DNA from: Antedon mediterranea
Lineage: Eukaryota > Animalia > Echinodermata
Direction of reading: 5' to 3'
Length of the DNA: 64,000 nt
Assembly: GCF_964355755.1 (NCBI RefSeq)
Contig: NC_092674.1
Location: 14,012,001-14,076,000, forward strand
Part shown: positions 36,393 to 48,394 of the stretch, in pieces
Position numbering within the stretch: position 1 is the first letter of the stretch
Layout: the number at the start of each line of letters is the position of its first letter
Position numbers and translations under genes: made by a program
Notes under the pieces: generated by a model
Databases searched by the model: none
What the model was told of the DNA's origin: nothing
The model's input: the letters and a program-made list of their open reading frames with translations, nothing else

Positions 36393-38645
36393 ATGTATTG
36401 TCCTAAAAAAATGAAATATTGTTTTATGTTTGAAAATATTAATAATATTTGGGATAGTATAATGAACAATATAAACAAGGCTATTTCTGAATCTGTGCCT
36501 ATTAAGAAAAGAAATAAGACTAAATCATTTCCATGGATTACTACAGAAATTAAGAAACTTTGTACAAAGAAAAGAAAATTATATAGGAAGGCTAAGATTT
36601 TAAAAACAAATGAAGCTACAGATAGATTTAAGTGTTGTAGTAAGGAACTGAAAAAAGCCATATATTGTAGTCACAGAAATTATGTTCTAGACATCTCAAA
36701 TAAGGCTACTTCAAATATAAAGCAATTTTGGGCATATATTAGGGCAATTAGACAAGATTCACAAGTTATAAGTTTTAAGATTAATGATACTATAGTAACA
36801 GATGCTAGAGAGATAGCAAATTTGTTTAATGATCAATTTTCTAGTAATTTCAGTAATAATGATGATGGTGGTAATGATGACTTGCTCTGCAACTTTGATA
36901 TTATCCCTCAGCATTATATGGAACTTGAGAAATTTAATGTGATGGAAGTTTATCAGGCATTAAACTATTTAATTGTTTCAAAATCTCCAGGACCTGATAA
37001 TTTACTTCCCATATTTCTAAAGGTTTGTAGGGCAGAATTAGCACGATTGTTGTGCGACTTTTTTAACTTATCTTTAGAAAAAGGCATTTTACCAAAACAG
37101 TGGAAAACTGCTAATGTTGTACCTGTTTTCAAAAAGCATGGAAAACCTAAAGGTGATTTTAAGAGTTACAGACCTGTGTCTTTAACACCAATTGTTTGTA
37201 AAATGATAGAGAAACTTGTGTGTACCCGAATCAATAATTTCTTAGAGGCTAATAGTATATTATCAGATAATCAGTTTGGTTTTAGACATGCTTATAGTAC
37301 TGAATTGTTACTCACTAAGGCGTTTCATTCATGGGCTCAAAGTTTAGATGCAAACAATTGTAAGCAAGTAGATGTAATTTTCTTAGATTTTTCATCTGCT
37401 TTTGATAAAGTACCCTATAATCGTCTGATTAAGAAACTTAACAATATTGGCTTAAACAAAGGTTTAAATAAATGGATTCAGGATTTTCTTTTAAATAGAA
37501 AACAAAGAGTTATCTATAGAGGTGAAATATCGCATTGGAAGAATGTAATATCAGGGGTACCCCAGGGGTCAGTTCTTGGCCCTCTTTTGTTTCTATTGTA
37601 TGTGAGTGATCTTGAATATGGTATAGAATCTTCAATTTTTCAATTTGCAGATGACAATACCATTTCAAGACATATTCATGAATTTGAAGACTGTATAAAG
37701 TTACAGAGTGATTTAAATAAGATTTATGAATGGTCAGTTTTAAATAAACTACCATTAAATGCATCAAAATGTGCAGCAATGAGTTTATCCAGGTGTAAAG
37801 ATCCCATCATATTTGTTTACGATATCAATTCCGATTCAACGGAAAGAGTCCATGAATTCAAACTACTTGGTGTATATATCAACAGTAAATTAACATGCCA
37901 CTCTCATGTAGATTACAGTATGTTTGTAGTAAGGCAAGCAAACTTCTTTGTTTTGTTTCAAGATGTAGTAAAGCAATGTCTTGGATGGCAATGCTAAATC
38001 TTTACAAAGCACTAATACTACCTGTTGTGACTTACTGTTGTTGTATGTGGGCACCTATGGGTTCAGAGAAAGGCCACTAGAATAAATATGTACAGAAAAG
38101 AAGGAAATTGGGACACTTCATATTTATATAGGTTAAAGACCCTAAATATTTAAAGTATTGAAGATATATTTAAAGTGTATAGACTCACATTAGGTTTTAA
38201 AATAATGCATGGCCTCTGTCCATCATCCTTTAATGAGTTTGTGAGATAAAGTGAGAGGTGTGAAGGGCGGTTAATACATTGGAAGGCAAAGACCAATACA
38301 TTTTTTAATTCATCGTTTGTTATTTTCCCTAGATTATGGGAGCAACTTCCCAATGAAATTAAACAATGTGCTACAATTTCAGACTTTAAAGCCCAACTCA
38401 TCAAACATTTGATCTCAAAATATTAAGTTGTAATTGTTTATATTGTTTATTCAATGCAGCTTATTTTTAATTGGTGTATCTCATTATAACTTTGTTTTGT
38501 TTTGTTTTATTTTGACTTAATTTGTGCTACTTAGTTTTGTTATTTTTGTATTTTATAAGTAATGATGGAGTTTGGGCTCATGCCTATTACTTGCTCCTGG
38601 CAAGATAAATTGTAAAATGTACTTTATTAACTTTTGCCGAATAAA

Positions 38646-38673
<28 letters not shown>
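36393..38673 (+). mobile_element. 5'-truncated CR1-clade LINE with RT ORF and (TTA)n tail
   Basis: 534-aa ORF: PWIT, KSPGPD, WKTANVVPVFKK, SYRPVSLT, QFGFR, LDFSSAFDKV, SGVPQGSVLGPLLFLLY, QFADD. AATAAA + (TTA)n at ~38640-38673. Frameshift at 37914-37920. Confidence 0.93.
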
Positions 38674-38676
<3 letters not shown>

Positions 38677-39930
38677 CACTTCCGTAGAAAAAAAAAAACA
38701 TGTTTTCACTTAAAAAAGACAAATATACAGTTAAATTAAATGAAGAAACCCATTGGCTGGCAGCCAATTTGATTATTGTTTGCTTTAAATATACAGTTTT
38801 TCAGTTAAATGATTTGTTCTTGTTCAAACTGTTGGTCAAAGTGAATAAATACTATGTGACATTGAACTGACATATTCAACAACAACTATTTAAAAAAAAA
38901 TGCTTAGACGGAATTTTTACTCTGTGAGTAAATTGGTAATTTATTAATTTATTGTATATAGAAATTTGGTAGGCCTACAATACTTCAGTACTCATTTTTA
39001 CCACATAAAGAATTAAGTTGAAACACAATTATAATAATAATATAAGTTTGCTTAGTCATTAGCTATCCCGTTTACAATGATTTTTTTTTTAATCTTTACA
39101 CATAAAATAACTCATAGGCCTACATGTTTTACGTAGTAAAATGTTTCATATTGTTTATGCCAAGCGTTTTTTTGCTCTTATTAAGAATTTTATAATTTTT
39201 AATAATGTTGTTTTCTTATACCGTTTTCTCTCTAATAATATTTATTGTTCATGTACAGTAACTACTCAATGTTCTTCTTTGTATTTTGCTTGGTAACACG
39301 AGTTGATCTATGGGAGACAACTTGACAACCAAATGCGGATGATATTACACAGTTAATTGACAGTATATTATATATTTTCAAGGCATGGAGAGTTGTGTAT
39401 ATTTACAGAATGATGATTGAATAATGAACCTGGGAATTGTTCATGATTTATTAAAATTTTTAATTTGGTAAAGTAATCCATTTATTATAATAGATTGCTG
39501 GAATCGTTATTTGAATAATTTACCATTGCTTATATTATATACTATATTTGATTGATCACTTCATTTTAAATTCATATAGGCCTACAACAAACAATACTCA
39601 CAAAACGATAAATCACACTAAAATTGATGTTTTCTAATTTAAATTGTTTATTATTATTTTCATTATTATTTTTGTTTATTGTTATTTTCTTTTTATCTAC
39701 ATTATTGTTTGCATTAATATTACAGTATTTGTATTTTTTTTTCTTATTTGTATGGACAACCCACTTTCACTACACATATTATAAACAATGTACATCTAAA
39801 TGATAGTACACAGTCTAAGGTCAATATGTTAATTTATTCTAGATAATGTTGGTATTGTGTTAACAATCTTTGTATTATTATTCTTATTATTTACATAGAA
39901 AAATAAATCATAATTGATTTGTAGGCCTAC

Positions 39931-40011
39931 CTTGTTGTTGATGTTTACCGCCTTTAACTTAATAACATGTGTACAAATATCGATCTCACTTTTTTTTGCA
40001 CTTTCCGGAAT
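39931..40011 (-). CDS. Probable shortened/degenerate ankyrin exon (81 bp, phase 0)
   Basis: tcatag|IPESAKKSEIDICTHVIKLKAVNINNK|gtaggc. In frame with the 36086 exon; resembles the second half of an ankyrin repeat. Confidence 0.55.
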
Positions 40012-40242
40012 CTATGAAATAGGAACAGATAGTATTATTAAAATAAATCCAATTGTATATTTAATTCAATCAAATGCATTGATATGATTGTTAAACACAA
40101 GATCAGAATATTCTATTTTTTCAATCGAAAGAAGACATATCATCCCCAACTTTTGTCAGATTACGTGTTTAACAATATTTGGTAATTTTATAACATATTC
40201 GTCTGTATTTTATATGTACAGTTATAATAAGAGACAAACATA

Positions 40243-40280
<38 letters not shown>
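40243..40280. repeat. (ATG)n microsatellite
   Basis: Pure trinucleotide run. Confidence 0.95.
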
Positions 40281-40281
<1 letters not shown>

Positions 40282-40592
40282 ATATACACTAATATTGTAG
40301 AATAATAGAGTAAAGAGGAAGTTTCTTAAGAAATATTCAATTTTTTTTAAATTTAAATATTATACATTTGTAATATAAATGCTAGAAATAAATAATTCTA
40401 TTCTTCTGATTTATTTTTACAGAAACAGAGGAAATGTTCGTTAAGATAAATATCTGGTACTACATTTGTAGTAGCTAACAAAAAACTATACCTGTATATA
40501 CATGATGTGCAAACATTTCACATTAAACACAACCCTATACACTACACTCACGTATAGTTACGTACTTTTTTAAAGTTACTTTTCAAACTCAC

Positions 40593-40691
40593 CCGATTTG
40601 TGCTGAAATATATTTTGCCTCAATCAACTGTTTTTGTACAGAACACCAGACACTATACATTATCATTTGTATAAGCGATAACAAGTACATT
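40593..40691 (-). pseudogene. Candidate 99-bp exon (decayed ankyrin repeat or UTR/first exon)
   Basis: ttttag|99 nt|gtgagt. Phase-0 reading NVLVIAYTNDNV*CLVFC... has two stops. An ATG-initiated alternative frame is open. Confidence 0.35.
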
Positions 40692-40925
40692 CTAAAAAGT
40701 TGTTGCAACAAGCGTGATTTGTTATTTATTGTTTGCTTTGATCTTATCATAAGGTGATTGGAGCTACACCGATGTGAATTGCCATTTTAGGTGAGCAAAG
40801 TAAACCATTATACCGAATTGGTTAACGAGGTCGAAGTTCAATTAATAATTGTAGACATACATTCCACAACCACTAATTCAAAGAACAGTGGCTTTTTTAA
40901 AATATAATTATAATTCATCGTGCTA

Positions 40926-41280
40926 CTCATTTGAGTAGGTAGTGGAGTTGAAAGAGTTGTGAGTTACAATCCTGGCACTAGGTCAGGATTGAACCCTGGA
41001 CCTTTGGATTGGAAGGCAAGCAAGTTAACCACCAAGGTCTCATTTGAGGCTTGGGTAGTGGAGTTGATAGAGTTGTGAGTTACAACCCTGGCAGTAAGTC
41101 AGGATTGAATCCTGGACCTTGGGATTGGAAGGCAGGCAAGTTAACCACCAAGGTCTCATTTGAGGCTTGGGTAGTGGAGTTGATAGAGTTGTGAGTTACA
41201 ACCCTGGCACTAAGTCAGGATTGAATCCTGGACGTTGGGATTGGAAGGCAGGCAAATTAACCACCAAAACTACAACTCCA
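40926..41280 (-). repeat. Three tandem 116-bp tRNA-derived (tRNA-Gly(TCC)-like) units
   Basis: Period 116 (40939, 41055, 41171). Minus strand has TGGTGGTTAA (A-box-like), TGCCTTCCAA (Gly-TCC anticodon arm) and GGGTTCAATCC (B box). Confidence 0.7.
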
Positions 41281-44200
41281 TTTCAATCTAAACTTGATGC
41301 GTAATTGTAATATTTCTTCTATTTTTAGACATTATGTAATACATTTTCAATTTACATAAATATTTAGGCCTACATATATATACATTATGCGTTTAAATTT
41401 TGACATTTCTATAACGAGACGGAGTCGAGTAGTGTAGAAGAAAAGAAGTCAATCTTCTAAGGACTGCAATTATTGTCTCCGTTCAACTAATATAAAATAT
41501 TTATTTTTCGTTGTACGATTGTATAAGTAAGAGGCATTTAAAAAATAATTATTTAATCTATCTTTATAAATATAATTGAATGAACGCATGTTTGAAATAA
41601 AAAAAAAATAAATCGGCTGCTACATGTGTTCTTGGCTAAAATAGAACAGTGCTTTATCCTAGCTAATCCATACTTATTTCCTTTTTTATATCGTGGGAAT
41701 ACATATTTAACATTCTCATTTCCATAGTACACATGTTGATTTTGACTTGTAGTATGACATAAATAATTTTAATTTGTTTAACATTTGTTTTCCCATTATA
41801 ATAAAATGTTATTAAATATGTATGTATACCTGTATGAGGGGTCCCACAAGGTTAACTTTAGCTACATAGAATATAATACAATATTACACAAAACATTAAT
41901 CAAATTATGGCTAAACGTAGGCCTAGGTGGTTAAAAGAAGATTAGATATTTTTTTTAATTGGAGAAGAAAATTAAAGAGTTTGGTGCTGTTAAGCCATTC
42001 ATGGTTCAATGTTGTGTTATATTGATATTTGTACAGTATGTGTAATAATAATTCATTAGCTCGGGCTACTATACCGTTAGCAGAGTGACGGATATAGATT
42101 CGTAAGACGGACTAGAAAATCCATCTTTTTACTGATAACATGTGATGCTGTACTCGAGCTGTTCAAATGGTTTTCAGCTATTAAAAATAATTATCGTAGG
42201 AGGAGATAGGAAAATGCGAAGCATCCTCGTAGTTTTGTGTGCGGGTATTTTTCAAGATGGACATCCATTAGACAGTGTATATCTCGATCGGAAAACATCC
42301 CTATTTGGGGCAAATCGTTGAACCTAAATTTCTTTTAATTGGCAATAAAAAAATAATAATAACATTATCTAACTCAATTTAATTAGTAAACAGGGTTACA
42401 TCAGGTGGTTAAAATCAGTACCGAATGTACGAACCAACTTTATATACCATCGAGTAAACATTCTAGAAGTAACGCGCGATTTATCGAATTTTGCCCTTAC
42501 ATACATTTATATATAGATAACTTATTTCACCTCCCTGGTATAACACATATCCTAGAAGTTGAAGGCAGTAGATTCATCTCGGGTGTGCCTTCTATACCGT
42601 TCGATATTCCATTAAAACAATCTGATCAAAACGATCAAACTTATTTAGCAATATTTACTTAACCCAGGACCCTTGGATTGGTAGCTACAACTCGATCCAC
42701 TCCATCAATCAAACAATCGGTGGTGTAAACAATAATGGAATTCTATAATATATAATATTCTATAATAATTCCTGGATGTCGAAAAGGTTTAGTTCGAAAT
42801 TACGTGCTCGTAATTTACAAAATTTAAAAATACGGTAAAACTATAACAGTACACACAGCATTTATTTATGATTCAACACACATGAATAATAAGATACACC
42901 GTGATATAGATTCATACATGTACACGTATAGGTCTATTGTTATAGAAGATTCACACATGCTTAATACACAAGCTTCCCCGTCCTGGTGGTCCCGTTATCG
43001 GAATATTACAACCGTTCTTGTTGTTAGGCCTTATGCCAACAAAATGTTGTGGTACATTGTATAAGTTTAGATTTTCAATTATTTTCAAATGTTCATAACT
43101 GAACAAGATCGGTTGGGACGGCTGTTACGACCTATAATACTAAATCCCTAGTCGGTTGCTTGATACGAATATTATAATTAGGTACTGTCCCACCCTAAAA
43201 TTATTTAATTGTTGTAAGACAATATCGTGTGCGATACCATGCAAATAAACAGAATTGTATATTTTGTTAATATTTGATTCAATGTTTCAACTTAGGGGTG
43301 ATGATTGTCGTTAATTTTTTACTCACGCAGAATGAACTAGAATGTGTGAATAATCTCGTTCTAAACATAGAGGAATATAATGTAGAAATAACATACCTTC
43401 TATCTATTACCAATTGAACATAAAATCACAAAACGATTAAATCCAAATAATTGTATTTGAAAGTAGCTTGGGTAGCGTTTATATACTTGCATAACACTGT
43501 AAACTTACATAGAACTAAACTTGACTTGAACAATCTTGAGACAGGATAATATCCACTAATAACCTCTGACTTGGACGAGATGGTAGCAGCAAATGCCTAT
43601 CCTGCGCCAATTCAACACATTTAAGATGAACTTCCTTAATAGTTCATTTAAGATGAAATAGTTCATAATTGTAAACTTAATGGTTTTGTTCAGGAAGTGA
43701 GGTTTAAAGGAAACATCTTACAGTAACAGATACTAAGCATGTTAACTATATGTTTTGCCTGTTTATCTTCAAGAATTGCGAATGTATGAATTGTTTAATG
43801 AATACAAAATCGGCGAAAATGATGAATTATGAAATGAATTGTATAGCATTGTCAAACCTATTAAAAAGTCAACTACTGATCTAGATGTATGAATAATAAC
43901 ACAAACAAGTATAGCCATCCCATTAACAACATTTACATTCGGAATTAAACTGTAAAGTAAAGTATGTATTATCTTTGGATAATATAAACCCAGATTATAG
44001 AATGGAGGCGTAAATATTTCCAACAATGAACTATTGTTCTTAAAGATATTTTCGCGTAAAGTTCTTTCCTGTTACCGGAAATGTTGTCTATTAACAATCT
44101 CCTACATTGTAATACCATGGAGCTCCATGGTACTACAATGGGTACTGACATTATTGACGCATTCTCATTGGTAATCGATTATTTAACATTCGGTCAAAAA

Positions 44201-44333
44201 AGATAGGTACCTGAAGCAAGATATGCATTGAAGACATATGACATTCTGTCTTCAATGCATTACACTCATTGTCTCATCCTCCAGATAGGATATCATATAA
44301 TATTGTTTTAATGTCGTATTTAGTACGTTTAAA

Positions 44334-45367
44334 TATAGGTGTCGAGTTGTATTCTATGTTATACCATTGCTCACATACAGGTGTCGAGTTGTATTCTATG
44401 TCATACCATTACTCACATACAGGTGTCGAGTTGTATGCTATGTTATACCATTGCTCTCATACAGGTGTCGAGTTGTATTCTATGTCATACCATTGCTCAC
44501 ATACAGGTGTCGAATTGTATTCTATGTTATACCATTGCTCACATACAGGTGTCGATTTGTATTTTATGTGATACAATTGCTGACATACAGGTGTCGAGTT
44601 GTATTCTAATTCATACCATTGCTCACATACAGGTGTCGATTTGTATTTTATATCGTACCATTGCTTACATACAGGTGTCGAGTTGTATTTTATGTTATAC
44701 CATTGCTCACAAACAGGTGTCGAGTTGTATTCTATGTTATACCATTGCTCACATATAGGTGTCGAGTTGTATTTTATGTTGTTCCATTGCTCACATACAG
44801 TTGTCGAGTCGTATTTTATGTTGTACCATTGCTCACATACAGGTGTCGAGTTGTATTTTATGTGATACAATTGCTCACATACAGGTGTCGAGTTGTATTT
44901 TATGTTATACCATTGCTCACATACAGGTGTCGAGTTGTATTCTATGTTATACCATTGCTCACATACAGGTGTCGATTTGTATTTTATGTGATACAATTGC
45001 TGACATACAGGTGTCGAGTTGTATTCTAATTCATACCATTGCTCACATACAGGTGTCGATTTGTATTTTATATCGTACCATTGCTTACATACAGGTGTCG
45101 AGTTGTATTTTATGTGATACAATTGCTCACATACAGGTGTCGAGTTGTATTTTATGTTATACCATTGCTCACATACAGGTGTCGAGTTGTATTTTATGTT
45201 ATACCATTGCTCACATACAGGTGTCGAGTTGTATTCTATGTTATACCATTGCTCACATACAGGTGTCGAGTTGTATTTTATGTCATACCATTGCTCACAT
45301 ACAGTTGTGGAGTTGTATTCTATGTCATACGATTGCTCACATACAGGTGTCGAGTTGTATTCTATGG
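44334..45367. repeat. 42-bp minisatellite, ~24 copies
   Basis: Unit ATACAGGTGTCGAGTTGTATT(C/T)TATGTTATACCATTGCTCAC, contiguous with no spacers. Confidence 0.97.
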
Positions 45368-45719
45368 CGTACATGTAATTATAATTTACTAACAATTGTT
45401 CATGCTATAGCGATTCAAGATTCCAGAAATTGGTCCACTTAAAATGGAACTTCATTTTGCATAATGAAGACAATAAAACTACAAAGAAAAATGCATCAGA
45501 TTGCAAAAACGCTATATAGACCAAAGTTAAAATACTATTGGCCAATGTTAAGATACTGTTAAACATACTTGTAGATTGCAAAAACACCATAAGAAAATGT
45601 GAAACACTAATAAACGTTAAAAAATAATAAAAATTTAAAAAAAATAAAAATTACAGTATAAAGTTAACGTTGAACCTTTGAACTATCTATATATTAATTT
45701 TACTAAATTTTTCGCGTAT

Positions 45720-48090
45720 TTCACGTATCTCCTCCAAAACCACTGAACGGTACGTGCCCACATTTGGCACACTGATGTTTAATGATGGGCCACACACGAT
45801 AGGCTATGTCACTCTCCTAAATTTTAATGATAAACACTAAAAAAGGCAAAAAATAGCAGTAATTTGACGTCTCAGCGACCATGTTACGTCACAAACTACG
45901 CAACCTCCTCTGTTGTGTACCGCCATGGCTGGATCTACAAATACTATGTCGAACCGCCAAAAACAGTCTTTAGTCAACCGTATCGAATGATCGCGTCGTT
46001 GAAGTTTTAATTAATTACACCATCCATTAATTACACCGCTTAAAGCTAAAACACAAAACTAGACCACAATGTAATTACAAAACTAGCAAAAAAACATACG
46101 AAACCTCACACAAAAAAATTATAAAATATAAAAACCATGAAATAAAAAAATTGTAAATGAACACAAAAAAAAATGGGTGTTGTTTTTCTGCTAAATATCA
46201 ACGGAAAAATACACACAATAAATTGTAAAAGTTTGTGTCCGAGCGCATCATCTACATTCGACTACTTTTTGTGTTGATTTCAGATTCCGTAAGCATTATT
46301 CACATCTTCGATAACTTACCAATTCATATTTTATCATTAAAATGTTTTAATCTGCCGACTGACACAGACTTCAACTTTCCTCTCATGCACGTTGTCACGT
46401 TCTGAGGGGCACCCTAGATTAATATTCACACAGCACAAAAACCCATATCAAGTATTGCTTTTATTTTGCAACTTACAGATATTTCAAAGTAAAGGAATAC
46501 TCTGTTTATAACAAAATCAATGGTCGTAAATAGTTCCGAGAAGAGTGCGTTTTAATTATACTTAATCATGCCATGCGAATTATTATTAAGGGAGACAAGT
46601 GCGGAGCACGTGTTACTGCTAGACCACAATTTAATTACAAAGTAGCAGTAGTAACAAATCTCCCATACACACAAACAAAATGCAAAATATCAAAACCAGT
46701 GAAATAAAAATAAAATGAATAAAATTAACAATTCGTGTTTCCGCAGTGTGTTTTTCATTCGATTTTTTCCACTTTTTTATTTGATCTTTATGTATCAAAT
46801 AATTAATACACCACTAAAAATACCCAAATGAATTGCAAAATATCAAAACCAGTAAAATAAAAATAAAATGTAAATGAATAAACTTAACAATTCATGTTTC
46901 CGCAGCAATATGTTTTTAATTCGATTTGTGTCCACTATTTTATTATATCTCTAGGCCTATGTATCAACAAATAATTAATACACCACTAAAAACACCCAAA
47001 ATAATATATTTTGCCATTTTTTACTTTCGTTATGTGTTTGCGCGCATCATCTAATTCACAAAACACAATTTTTCTTTATCGTCTTTTATTTTCGTAAAGT
47101 CTGAAAAGTCAAAAGTAAAGTCTAAAGTTCCATATCCACTATTGCTTTTATTTTTTAGCTTACATATATTTTAAAGTGAAGGGATAGTGTATAACAAAGC
47201 AATGGCCGTAAATACAGTAGTTCCGAATTTTATTTGTGATAATTAGTTTTTAGTCGCGTGCAACGCGGCGGTACTGCTCACTATGTCGGTCGGTTGGTCG
47301 GTAAACACTAACTTGAGCACGCGACTGCAGCCATGTATATGACCTTGTTATAATGTAAACATAGGCTTGATTTTGTTCTATTTTTGCACTCTAATCCACC
47401 CCTCATTTTTGGATCCACATTGGCATGTTGTATTAAAACATTAGGCCTATCATAACCATCCCACAACTAAAAAGTTTGTTTTGAACAAAACACTAATTCG
47501 ACAAAATACGTATACATCGTAATAAGACTTGCAATGAATTTATTCATTTTATACCGTTACATATTCAAACATAGTACTACTGTATTTAGCCTCTTTGACT
47601 CCACTATGCATTGGTGACTTTCTATCTTGAAATAAAAAGAATAACATGAAATCTTTCTACTTTCAACATCGTGTCTAAACCGTAATTCGACGTCATCATC
47701 ATCTTAGTGCCTTATAACATGGGATCGTCGACGGGTCATTCCGAGCCGGATCGGAATCGTCGCCGTGGTCGTTTATGCTTAACTTATACCTTTCCGTTTC
47801 CATACCACCACTAATATGATTTGTGTCGCACATACAATCGGTAGTGGAATTTTAACTTTAAAATCATTATGCGATTGCAATCCTAAATTGAAAAAAAAAA
47901 TAGCTATTATTTCAATTAGATGCTGGGTCGGTCAGACGGTTGGTCGGTCAATACTAAATTGAGCAATCGACTGCAGCCATGTATATGTCCTTGTTATTTT
48001 ATCAGAGTGCGCTTTTATACTTGCCCATGCAAAGTATATAACCACATATTAAGGCAGAAAAAGACAGTGCGGAGCACGGGTTACTACTAG
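45720..48090 (+). mobile_element. Non-autonomous Helitron-like element(s) with duplicated 3' ends
   Basis: Hairpin GTGCGGAGCAC followed by ...CTAG at 46599-46622 and again at 48067-48090. Segments 46059-46620 and 46620-47230 are diverged tandem copies. Confidence 0.6.
47251..47349 (+). mobile_element. Short Helentron/DINE-like element (partial second copy at ~47925-47995)
   Basis: AGTCGCGTG...CACGCGACT inverted repeat, GTCG/GTTG microsatellite, 3' GCCATGTATATG.CCTTGTT, T-rich insertion site. Confidence 0.55.
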
Positions 48091-48394
48091 TACATATAAA
48101 TGCTATTATACATGTTATTATAAAAAGTACTTCCTAGTTCTACACAGATTGGCCTTGGTGGTCGTAAAATAGTAATGTTACGGAAAAGTTGAGTCTTTCA
48201 TTATCATAACATTTTCTGCATTTTTCCTATCATTTTCGGTATTTTAACATAAAAAAACTAAGAAACAATTGAAACCCATTAGGCCTACTAATTAAGTTGA
48301 GTTAGATAATGTTATATTTATTAACGATTAAAGCGAATTTATGATTTGCCCCGAATAGAGGTGGTTTTCACAAATTGTTTTACATTATATAGGC

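Noticed and set aside
40926-41280. Functional tRNA-Gly gene cluster
   Set aside because: Acceptor and anticodon stems do not pair properly; better explained as a tRNA-derived repeat.
43509-43601. Possible additional minus-strand exon (cag...|gtaagt)
   Set aside because: The phase-0 reading contains a stop and has no ankyrin similarity; splice-like motifs alone are insufficient.
44334-45367. CRISPR-like array
   Set aside because: Units are contiguous 42-bp repeats with no unique spacers, there are no cas genes, and the context is eukaryotic.
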